Shown here piece after piece: positions 26,048-37,206 of a stretch of DNA of 64,000 nucleotides. Below the pieces are notes generated by a model, which saw only the letters and a program-made list of their open reading frames with translations, had not been told where the DNA came from and made no database searches. Every line of letters starts with the position of its first letter. Within the stretch, counting starts at the first letter, position 1. The stretch comes from Carcharhinus amblyrhynchos (taxonomy: Eukaryota): the NCBI GenBank assembly GCA_965287045.1, contig OZ336878.1, positions 10,230,001 through 10,294,000 on the forward strand. Direction: 5' to 3'. A program made the translations under genes and the position numbers.

Positions 26048-26119
26048 GTCAACAGGGACAACCACAAGGAGCCCAACAGGATTACACCAAAGCTTGGGAA
26101 GAATACTACAAGAAACAAA
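26048..26119 (+). CDS. FUBP1: FUBP1 additional tyrosine-motif exon ([24 protein letters not shown])
   Basis: tcag|GTC...CAAA|gtatgt, 72 nt, symmetric phase 1-1. Confidence 0.9.
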
Positions 26120-26204
26120 GTATGTATGTCTCTGGAAAGCATGATTCAGTTAAGTTTGAATCATCTGAATTTGGTCAGTGACTCGGTCCTGCTTGTTATT
26201 TCAG

Positions 26205-26362
26205 GTCAGGCAGCTCAAGCTTCCAGTACGGCAGCTCAGCCCGGTGGGCAGCCAGACTACAGTGCGGCGTGGGCTGAGTATTACAGGCAGCAAGCGGCTT
26301 ACTACAGTCAGACAAACTCCCAGGGAATTCCCCAGCACCCGCCAGCACAGCAACCCCCACAG
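26205..26362 (+). CDS. FUBP1: FUBP1 penultimate exon ([33 protein letters not shown]...QQPPQ)
   Basis: tcag|GTC...CAG|gtaaat, 158 nt, ends phase 0. Confidence 0.95.
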
Positions 26363-26803
26363 GTAAATTCCAATAAACAAAGAGTACTTCGGTTCATGAT
26401 TGAGAGTGTGTTTTTGATTCGACATGCAAAAAACCTTCAAGTAGCCCTACTGGTGACTTCTGTGAGGTTCATAGATAAGTTGCTCGAGGTGGCAAAATTA
26501 AGATTGTACGATGTACAGAACACACTTTATATCAACACCCATGTACTCTTGAAAGTTACGTACACACTAAATTCAGAGAAACACATTTAAAGAGCATTGA
26601 ATGAATGATGTATTATTTGATTGGCTGTTCTTACTTGAAGTTTCCCCCCCAACCCAAACAGGCAATGTGAAAAGTGAGAGCAGCTGTCCAGCACTGCTTA
26701 ACCTTTCCTTTCACAGATAGAGGATCCTGCCCACACTCGGATGTCCATGAAATGTTTCATGTTGGTAACCACTTGTGTATTTCTATGTATTTCTTCTGTG
26801 CAG

Positions 26804-26812
26804 GCCCAGTAA
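26804..26812 (+). CDS. FUBP1: FUBP1 canonical last coding exon (AQ*)
   Basis: ttcttctgtgcag|GCC CAG TAA followed by an AU-rich 3' UTR. Confidence 0.85.
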   Translation, partial: AQ

Positions 26813-27145
26813 TGTGAAGTGGAGATATTTGCGTCATTTGGGGAAAAGCCTTTGTAAAATTTATGGATACAGACGCCTTGATGAAGATCTTAATTTTGTT
26901 TTTGGTTTAAGAAAAATAGTGTTTGTTGCTATTGTCATACTTAAGAGGTAGCGAACTTGATAACCATTATTTTGTGTAGAATTGCAAATTTGGTTTGCTT
27001 TTAGTGGAACACAATAGTTTGAACATTCCAGCATTTGTATTTTCAATTTCTATTCAGTCACTATAGTGACATGTGCTTCTGTTGTAAAATGTATTAATTT
27101 CATTGTATACTGTTCACTTTTAAAAATGCTTGTTTTGTGCTTGAC

Positions 27146-27151
27146 AATAAA
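27146..27151 (+). terminator. Proximal poly(A) signal of FUBP1
   Basis: AATAAA about 335 nt after the stop with GT-rich downstream 'ttgtttgtgggt'. Confidence 0.7.
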
Positions 27152-27945
27152 TAATATGAAAACCCTTGTTTGTGGGTAAGTTGGATCTATGGGTAAATGC
27201 GTAGTACTGTGTGTTGTACCTAGTGAATTGTAACCTGGTATGACAACAGATTTGCGTTATGGAATTTTCTGTTGGGTCAAACTGAGACTTTAAATGTGCA
27301 TAATTTCAATTCAGATCCAAATAGCTGATATAGTCCAGGTTCCTGAAGCCATCGTGACTGCAATTTAGCTCATCAGTAATGATGCATAATGCAAAGCAGT
27401 ATATCTTTTGCATAATCTTTCTATAGCAAAGCATATGGACGTGAAATGCTATTTAATCTTGTGGCTGGCATCCTTAGCTTTTGTTTGCAATTTTATTCTG
27501 ATGGTCTGTGACAGACTTATTGGAAGGCATTTTGTCAATTTGTTTTTATGGTCTGCAATTCTTGCCATGTAAAATAGTGCCCCATAACTTTTTTTTCTGA
27601 CAGAAGGAGTTTAGGAAAGCTGATGGTAAGGTATTAATCAAAGTACCATTAACGATTAAGTAGTTCCTCAAATTGACAATGGAATTGTTTTTCTAATGCA
27701 TTATTGACCTGCTTTAGATGCATTATTTTTCACGTTATTTAGTTGGAATTTGCCATTTTAAAACCTCGAAAGATTACCTGAATTGCTTCTGCATATTTTT
27801 CCCTCTATTTGAAAGTGATTGTTTCTGTGCAAATTAGATCTTTTCTCCCCCATGTTAGCACTTGAATATTCTGATAGTTGCTCAGTTTAATTATGCAAAA
27901 GACGAATGCAATTGCAGTCTCTGTTTGCCACTGTATTTATTGAAG

Positions 27946-27984
27946 TACAGGTGTGTTCCAGCCAATATAATACTAGCTCTGTAA
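27946..27984 (+). CDS. FUBP1: Alternative FUBP1 C-terminal exon (YRCVPANIILAL*)
   Basis: ttgaag|TAC...CTG TAA in phase 0, possible donor gtaacc at 27987; resembles the human isoform tail CRFDPASIELAL (from memory). Confidence 0.65.
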   Translation, partial: YRCVPANIILAL

Positions 27985-30900
27985 GGGTAACCTGGCGTAT
28001 GCTATGCACCATCCTTGATTCTGTTCCTTCAAGGAGCTTTGCACTGTAAGTACACTAAACCGTGTGACTGAAATAGAAATGACTTACTGCGCAGTAACAC
28101 TTGAACTTGTTTTTGCCCGTGTCTTTATTTCTCAATATATACATTGAAATTTGATTAACAGTGCAGAAATTAATGTGTCCTGATCTACTACTTAGAATGT
28201 AATACTTGTAGAAATTAAACTAATCACCTGCCAGTTTTGCTGATTTTACAAACCTTTTATTGTGGGTAAGTATTTCCTAAATTGTAGTAAATAATGTTTG
28301 AGGAATGCAGAATGGAAAGGTATTTTAGGTGATATTGTGATAGATTTTGTTTTAGATTTACTTAAACCATTTGGAATTTTGTTAGGTTGAAGGTAGGTAG
28401 GCCAGGAGTGTGTTGTATTTCAACTGCCTTGATGTTCAACTTAATAAATGAACGTGAATAAATCTGCTGTTTATGTTGATGCTTAGAATGGTGGAAATTA
28501 TTTCAGGTTTTTTAATGAGCGCGTTATGTTTCAGTAGCAAAGTTGTCTTCTTGCTGTGAATTTTATTAGAAATGGCTAACTGAAGTTGTAAACCGAGTAA
28601 ACTTTTTGGGCGCTGCCTTTATTTTTGCTAGGCGTGAGAATGGAGCGATGCAGTTTTTGTCATGGATACCATTGTTCTGAGCAGACACCTGAAATTAAGA
28701 AAAACGACTTGTCTAATAAACATCTATGTGCTGTTTTGAATGCTTTTTGATTGATTCAAGTGGAAGAAAATAATTCCTATCTGATATTTGAAAGAGTGAA
28801 TTATTGCTCTGTTCGTATGATGTGCATTTAGATAGTATCCGTTACTGTAACTTAGCTTCACAGATGGCACACATTCACAGAATCGAATTTTGCAGGCATT
28901 AATGAAAGCCTTCTGTCTCTGGAAAGCTACAAAAAAAGAGTGCTCAGTAGTCCAGGTGTTGCGGACTGCTTGTTTTTAGATGTGGAGAGCCGAATGAGTA
29001 CTATGACCGAGAACCACAAGACATCTGCAGGTTAAATCTCAATGTTAGTCTTATTCATGTATGAAAATCTTTGCTGAAGTCTAATGTTAAGAATCTAGAC
29101 TGAAAGTTTTTGAATTCTATTGTGCCGAAAATGCGGGAAGAGAATTGTGAACTTCTATAGAGTAAATGCTGTAAGTTTTGAAGTGGTTAGTCCATATATC
29201 TTGTTATTTTCTAATGCAGATTTTGAATTCAATGTTGTTAATTGGAGAGATTTTTTAAAAAACAAATGATCTCCATACTTCATTTACAACCATATGCACC
29301 ACTGTCTTTTTATTTAGGCATATTTATTGAAACAGGGAAGCATTTAAAATATTTTTCCCCATATCTCATTCAAATTTACACTTCACCCTTTTTTGCTATC
29401 TCTAATAGAGACTATTCACAGTTGCAACAATGGAGAACAGTACAACAATCATTTTCCCGTTTTCATTGCTGTCCTTGTCCATTTCAGGTCCTTTTGTCAC
29501 ATAGTCAAACTGACAATCTCAGCTCAACTTAATTTTAGAAGTGTGCCCAACAATAAACTTTTACAATGGGCAGATTACGTTGTCTTGCTGTGGATTTCAT
29601 TGAACACCCCAAGAAGCTTTAAACATTTAACAACAAGGATTCGTAAGCTGATGTCTTGTGTTACATGGAGAGTTTAACGTTGACAAAAACTCATGGTGAG
29701 TAATCACACCTGACCAAAAAGCGTATGACCACTGAATGATGTAACCTCTATATATTAAAGACAAATCTGAATCCTAAAAAAAGACATGCATTCATAGAAG
29801 ACTGGCCAGAAGGCCTTTTCTATAATTAAATGCTCCATTGGTCTTAGTGGGTTTGTTGACTCAAACTGCTTTGATCAGCCTTGCTGCTCTCGTGGTTATG
29901 AAAGAGATTGAGAAGTCAGTTTTCCTTTCTGTTTTTCTCCATTTTGTCTTTCCTGACAAGGGAGATTCATACTTGGGTGAAGTTCCAGGATGCTGGTGGC
30001 TGATGTTGTTCCCAAGAAATCATTGTTCATTAATGACCTAGGGTGCCTTGTCTGCAGGTTGGTCCACAGTTGGGGTGGGAATCATTGAAACCAAGCTCAA
30101 TAATGTTCCCATTCACGTTTTCAGCAAGAGGCACTTAGCTGCAGTTACGAACAGGGAACATTTTTCTTCCTTGTCTTAACTTTCAACACCACAACTCAGT
30201 CCCCTACCAAGTCCACCCCAGATGTCCCAGAATGCAGTCGTGGAACTGCCATCCTACTAATACACCTTGGTTGGCTTTGGCTCTGTATGGTCCTATAGGT
30301 CATGAACCCGCTTAAGCATCAAAGCCGATAAGAAAATGAACAAATATCCAAATTATGAGGGCAGATTTATGAGTGGCCAGTTACAGCTTTGATGTATTAT
30401 ATATAATTCACTGAGTATAATGGTAGAAAGTGCTTTTAGCAATTGGAACCAGATCAGTTGTAACTTAGGATATATTTTGTTCATATCTTTCTAACACTGA
30501 ACAGAAAATGATTTTTTTTTTAATTGGTGCATGTTTAAATAGCCCATCTGAAGTAAATTGCAGTTGATTCTTTGAGGGAGAATTTTATTGAAATTCTGTT
30601 TAATATGTTGTGACTTTTTTCATTGTCGTTACCCAGAACAGTTTGCCTCAAAAGTTTTGTAGGTTTTGACTTCTAGATATCTGTGCATTAACTTGAAATC
30701 CAAATGCCTCTTAATGTTCGGGGTGACTTAGAGAATGTGTCTTACTTGGGGTTAATGAATTCTGAAGTTGTATTCTTGTCTCACTGCAGGCTGGTGTGCT
30801 TACTAATTCTGTTATAGACCCTACGATGAAGTAAAAGATTTAAAATTCTGGGAATAAAAATGGGAAGACCATAGGAATAAAGTTGAATGCACTTAATGGG

Positions 30901-33900
30901 GCTGATTTTAAATGTTTGGATATGCTGGTTGATTTTCAATTTTAAACTGATGAATTATTAAAATATTCACCCTAAGGATGGCCACTCACTATTATTCGTG
31001 TGGATATCCTGGTCTGCAGTAAGATGGAGGATTCTGTCATTCCAATGTATTTCCTGGTCTCTATCCTTCAGGATCCCAATTATTCCAGATTGGTTTGTAG
31101 GTTGCATTTCCCTTCATTGAAAACAATATCTAAGTATTGTAGAAATTTACAGCATTGGAGACCATTCATCCTATTGTTACATGGGATAAAGTATTAATTT
31201 GAGTTGAATTTAATTTATTTCCAGAAATTTATATTTTTCTCCTAATTCTAGTCCAAACATTTTATACCTGCAGTGCCAAAATGCTCTTTGAACATTGTGG
31301 CTATGTGATTTCTATACTGAGGAATCCATTTATGACTGGTTTCGCTGGGATTAAATTCGAACTTGTGCTACAGCTAAAAATGAAATCTATGTTTCGACCA
31401 AATATTGGAGTTTATGTTTCTTATTTGAAAACTTCAGATTGACCGTATTTTAAGGTTCTTAATTATTGATTTGTGTTGTTTGTTTTGCTGTCAGTGTGTG
31501 CATAACAGAAAAATACTTGCATAAATGTACCTGCATTGCTGCAGCTTTTGTTTTAAAACTTTGGTCTGAAGCAGATTTAAGATAAACTGCATGTTTAGTC
31601 ATGGCTTAATGTCTGAAAATGGTATCATGGTGCAGTCCAGAAGTTTGAATTTAGTAACAATGTATAAGCAATTGCTATCACTAATTTAACATGGCTGAAC
31701 AACTGGGAATTTGAGAGTGCTTGAAGTGGTGTATTATATGGGTTCCAAGGGACACCCAAAAGAAGTGGGTAGATGAAGCAGTCCTTTTCCTTAATTCAGC
31801 CAATGTATAGCAAAGCAAAGTCTTCTGCCTGTAGTGTGACAGTAATGAGTTAAATATTGGCCTGAGTTAATCACTCAGTATTCTTGTGCAGCAGGTTTGT
31901 TTCATCAGCTTTGCCAGAGCTTTTCAATGTCAAGTTGATACAAATTTGGTTTTCAGTACAGGACAGCTTGTGCTGTATAGACATGAAACACTTAATTGAG
32001 TGAATTATCTTTGCATCTTGGCCTGGAGCTCGAGTGATATGATGGTTCTGCAACTTGACTTTTGAAACTTACACTTGGGTAGCAAACAGATCTCCACTCT
32101 TCAACTTGTTAGAAAATGAGTGTGCTAATGAATAGAGAAGATGGGATTATTTACAAATCAATTCACTATCTGTAAAATTTTTATGATCCCACATATTCTT
32201 CTTTCCTCTCCCAAAATCACTAACTTGGGGATTCTTCAGGTGCCCGTTACCTTCTCTCTAAGAACCCATTCTTCATGTCGGCATTGATGGTAAGCCAAGT
32301 TATTGGAACAGTGGAATACAACTGAGATTGTGCAATGCTGTCCAGACACCTGGACAACACAAACTGCGATGAATGTTGTCTTTATCTGTCCCTTCATTTA
32401 CATAACCGATGGTGGTGATACTCATTATGTAGCACAGTCTATCGCTGTCCCTGATTGAAATTGGCCAATTCGACTGACAACTTACTGGCCTGTATGACCT
32501 AAGAGCCTAGTGCTGTGGATTTGCTAATTGCGATAGCTGAAGTGCAATTGTATCTTCAGCACTTATAAATTAACTTTTCTAATGTAAATATCCTCAATCC
32601 AAAGGCTGAAATTTTATGTTGAATTCCCCTTATAAAGCATTCACTGTCCATACTGTCATCGTTGCTGGATTCTGCAATCAAATTTCAACTTTTGGCTTTG
32701 TTACTTAAGAAATATTTTTCAGTCCTTTTAGCCTTTTGAGGTGAATTGCCAAGTACCAAATGCCTCTATTATGCATTTGTCAAATTTCAACATGTAATTT
32801 ATTTTCAACTAGTTTTCATTCCATGAATGAAATGTGTAATCAGCAGAAGTTTTAAGTAATGCCCAGCAATTGGGCTATAGCAACTTTTATTTGTATCGTG
32901 CCATAAACGTTTCTGAGAGAGGGACTGGTACTGGCAATATTGGAAGAGTTCTGGAAATTAATCAATTGCTCCTATTTCTTATGTTCTTATGTTCTTAAAA
33001 CAAGGCTTTGAGAAATTTTATAAAGTTAGGGAGCAACGTAAAACTGGAGGATTAGGAGTTAGAGTGGGGCCAAGTTAGCTGGCAATTGCATTGAATCATT
33101 CCAATTAGATGATGATCTGGAAACTCAGAATAAACACAATCTTACAGACTTGAAACACTTTGCTTTGACTATAACATTTAGCTCCAAGGCACTGGACTCA
33201 TCTATGTAATATAGGAAATGTTCTATTGTGATATTGCTTCACAGTAGTTTTACATTTTCTTTCCCTTTTTTCACCACTACTCCCCACCCCATACCTCCTT
33301 TCAAAACATCCCTTACAATCATGGCAAATTTTTCAAGTCCATGTTGATAGGAATGCTGATCTGGAGAAGTTTGATTACTTGCTTACCTGTGCATTTAGCT
33401 TTAGTAGAAAAGTGTGCATATCTTTCTGTCAATTCATGTTGGGTACTTTATTCAATAGTGCTCTGTTTAAGCATAACCATTTACTTCATGATTTTGCTGA
33501 TAAACTGCATTTGTATCTGTAGGTCTGGCTTACACATTACAGGGAGATGATTTTGATATTCTAGGATTTGTGTTAATCTAATGCAGAGAATGTTTTCCTT
33601 GCACTGTCCATGAGACCTGATTCTGCATCTTTACTGCCCTGATTGGTTCAGTGAATGATGAGTGATGTGCTTATGGCAAAGAAGCCTGTTTTTGCAATCA
33701 CAACTAACTGAGAGGCTTCCAACTTGTGTTCTACGTTGTAACTGGAATTGAGTGGTGAGGGTGGGGACTAGTTAAAATGATAACGTTTTCACGTGCTCCA
33801 AAGGAAAGTCGCACTTCTTTGTAATTCTGTTTTGGGTTGATGAAGGTGCAATGTTTTCAACTGTTAATGCATTTGCCTATTGCTGGTGGAGTTTATGATT

Positions 33901-35063
33901 TAAAGTCATGATGTAGCTGTAAACAGTTATGTGCAGCTAAATGCTTAGATTTGATTCATACACACGTGCCACTCCACCTTTTCCCCCTAGGCCTGATGGA
34001 TACCAAAATTCAAATGATTGTGAACAATGTGATAAAATGAGAGTAATGATTGATCAGGGATATTTCTCTTGATTACTGTTCTGTAGGGTGGTGGTCACAT
34101 TTCATACCGTATAGGATTATTTTTCTGTTCATTTTTAAATTTAGGCTTTTATTCTTTGTCAGATTATAGACCTAAGCACTTCTGACAGTGTGACCTTGCA
34201 GACAAAATCCAGGCCAAATTGAATTAGTCATGACAAAATCTTCACCGGGATTACACGTGCCTGTTCAAAAGTTTGGATGATCCAGACTCCTTAACATTGG
34301 TCAGCAGCAGTCTCGGATCCCAAGGTGAGGATGACCGTCACCTCCCACAGTCTAATTCTATATCAGAATTGTTGCATATATGTTGGCGGCTCTGGATATC
34401 TGCCTTAGACTGCCACTAATTCAAAATTGATTTGTAGTGCATGTGGAATTTCTACTCTGCCAGAGCTCTCATTTTCTGCATTTACACAGGTGACTGTGCC
34501 TCAGTTAAATCTCACTTTTCAGATTTAATGCCTATAAGACCAAAGTACCTTTACAAACTTTACTTTTTATTCCATGATTACTAGAATATTATTCTGAAAT
34601 CATGAATGTTTATGTTCCTTAAGTTGTGATGCTTGGACAGATTTTACCTTTTTGGGGTAATTGTATTTATTTGCAATATACAGTTACGTTAGAAGGGTTG
34701 CCAACATGAAAGAAATGTCCAATAAAAATTTGTTCCCATGTTTCTAGTATTACTGCTCTTAATCTTCTGGGGCAGTTGAGTTGTGTACTCTGTGCTAACC
34801 CTGCCTCTCCCCTTCCTCTTAACAACTTCCAGCAGTGCTTTTGCACTTAACCTTGTAGATTTGCACACCTTTAATGATGGTAATTGATGCACCTTTTTTC
34901 CCTCCCCTTCAACTTCCACCCCCACGAGGGCACTAAAAGTTAAGCTGAGGTAGTAGTTTAATCCGTAGTTTAATTGGGAGCCTATTACACTTTCTGGTAC
35001 ACAGTAATGCCGCTTGTTTTGAAACCCTTTTGGTCAGTCAATTCCTGAGAATGCACTAACGTG

Positions 35064-35088
35064 TATGTATATATATATATATATGTAT
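35064..35088. repeat. (TA)n microsatellite
   Basis: tatgtatatatatatatatatgtat. Confidence 0.8.
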
Positions 35089-35808
35089 GAAAAATGTAAG
35101 TTAATTGGAATATTTTATCTGTTTACACTTTCAAGTTCTGCAAAGTATGTTAGGGAATTTGTAACTGTACTGCTGTATGAAGCATGCTTATTTTAATGTC
35201 TGGACTGGAGATGTACACTCAGCTTTGGTTTGGTCAGAAAAGTTTGTTGAAGGGTCAGAGCCTATATTTTGGTTTCTTTGCAGTGCACTTCCCCAGTCTA
35301 TCATACTTTAAAATAAACATTTATTGGGTGGGGAGGGGTGGTAATGTTCAGTGTAGTTCAGCGTAGCTTGTAACTCCTGCATCTTGTGTAGCAAAGGATA
35401 ATCTGAATCAATTTACCTACTTTTTATATAGTAATGAAGCATAAAGGAAAATGCTGTTTGAATAGTGCAGATGTTGACGGTTTATTAAACTTTGCAGTCA
35501 GTAACTGAAGCATGCCTTATTTATTTTAGGCAATTAGATAGCAAGAATTTTTTTTGAAGACATGCCGCAGAATATAATTACCTCTATTAAGAATCGAATT
35601 TTGTTTAATGAGAAAACCATCCTCACCTTTTAAACAAAAATTCCAGAAAGCGGGTCTTTTTCAGCTTGCATTGCTACTATCCACCAAAATATTAGTAATA
35701 CTGACTTTATAACGAAGTGTTTCAAAATGGAGGCTGTTGGTATAGTTTTCTTGTACCATGTGAAGTCGCAGCTCATCGCAAATGAAGTGCAATTTTTATA
35801 CTTCACAG

Positions 35809-35854
35809 TGCCACCCAGACCTTGAACCTTAAGTTCTGCTGCAGTACACTAAAG
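35809..35854 (+). CDS. FUBP1: Distal alternative FUBP1 exon (CHPDLEP* in phase 0)
   Basis: cttcacag|TGC...AAAG|gtaagc, 46 nt, strong splice sites; nucleotide similarity to the mammalian CLPRPSTLGSAAKS exon (from memory). Confidence 0.65.
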
Positions 35855-37206
35855 GTAAGCAAGAATGAAGGCATATTGTTTCAGGGTTTAAAAAGATCTT
35901 GGATCAGTCAATGGCCCTCTTTTATGTATGCGTTATTTTAATGAAACTCAACATTCCTTCACCAAAGTATGGAATTAAATGTTAGTCTGATCAGCCAAAT
36001 GTTCGATACTTTGTTTTTCCAGATAAAAGTCAAATGACTAAAACAAAAAAAAACTCAACAGCTGTAAATCTGAATTTTAAAAAATGTCAGAAGGTCAGCC
36101 AGTGCCTGAAAAAAAGACAGGTTAAAGCTTTGGGCCTACACCTGAAGGGTTAACCTGTCTTTCCAGGTGCTTTCAGCTTTGTGATTGATTTTTAGCTTTC
36201 TCTGTGAATACAACCATCCTCTTTGTGGATGTTGGGTGGGCCAGATTTAATACTTAAGATCATTATTAGTTTTCAGCAGAAACTACAGCAGCATTAGTTT
36301 TGATGGAAAGTTATTTTTGGATATCGTGCACAGTTTAACTGTTCCAACGAATGTTTATTTAGATTTCTGTTCATATTAGATATCTGATGTTCTATCATTC
36401 TTAGTCAAGTTTAAATGTATATGGCTATGATGTGAATCAGTTGTTGTGCAGACACTTTTGTTGGATAAATAGTTAGAATCCTACCGTATAGCTATTCATG
36501 CACTATAGGGAAAGAAAAGAGCTGTCCTGTTTGTACTTGTAGGATAAACTGTAGGTTGTGTTGGCAAGGATTGGTTCACATTGTCTTATTTTAACCCTCT
36601 TGTCATTCTGGTTGATGAAGGTCCTTGTTTAATTAACCTAATGCAGCAGTGCACTCTTTCAAAAAGAAAGATTTTAATGCGACCAAATAAAGATCAAACC
36701 TTTAAGCATAACAACAATGAAAGAATGCTTACAGCTCTTGCTGATACATCAGCACAAGAGCTAGATAGTTGGCTCTTCATGTTCATGTCCTGGGAGGCCG
36801 TTTTTGGGAAATAACCAGGGAAGAGGGTTAAAATATCTGCAATAAATTGCACTGCTCTAACTTCAGGTAGATAATTGCATCTTAAGGCGATGGGGTGTGA
36901 TATTATTTTTGGTATGGGATTTTAATGCTGAATTATTGTGTTTGGCGGTTTTGACATCTGTTTCTTGTTTTAAAATGCATAAAATATCTCGCTTTGAGAT
37001 GCATTTAGAATTCCAAGTGTTCATTGAGCTATAATTCCATCTTTAGTGCAATTTGTATGTTTTTTTTAAAGAGTAAATCTTGCAATGATAAAGATTTGTC
37101 TTTTAATCAGAAAATCTTAGGGTTTCTTTGCAAATAGCCAACCTTCTTACCTCTTGGCAATTTTCTTTTCAAAGTATTCAAAAGGTGGTCCCTCGTTCTT
37201 GTACAG

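Noticed and set aside
4344-26812. Calling the KH gene KHSRP or FUBP3
   Set aside because: Exon sizes, the [14 protein letters not shown] and [14 protein letters not shown] sequences and adjacency to NEXN fit FUBP1 better, despite the four tyrosine motifs.
32516-32550. GFAN-encoding stretch as a homolog of another mammalian FUBP1 tail
   Set aside because: No AG acceptor directly upstream, and the similarity covers only four codons.
33650-33715. Possible box C/D snoRNA (ATGATGA...CTGA)
   Set aside because: No convincing terminal stem or recognisable guide sequence; such motifs arise by chance in AT-rich DNA.
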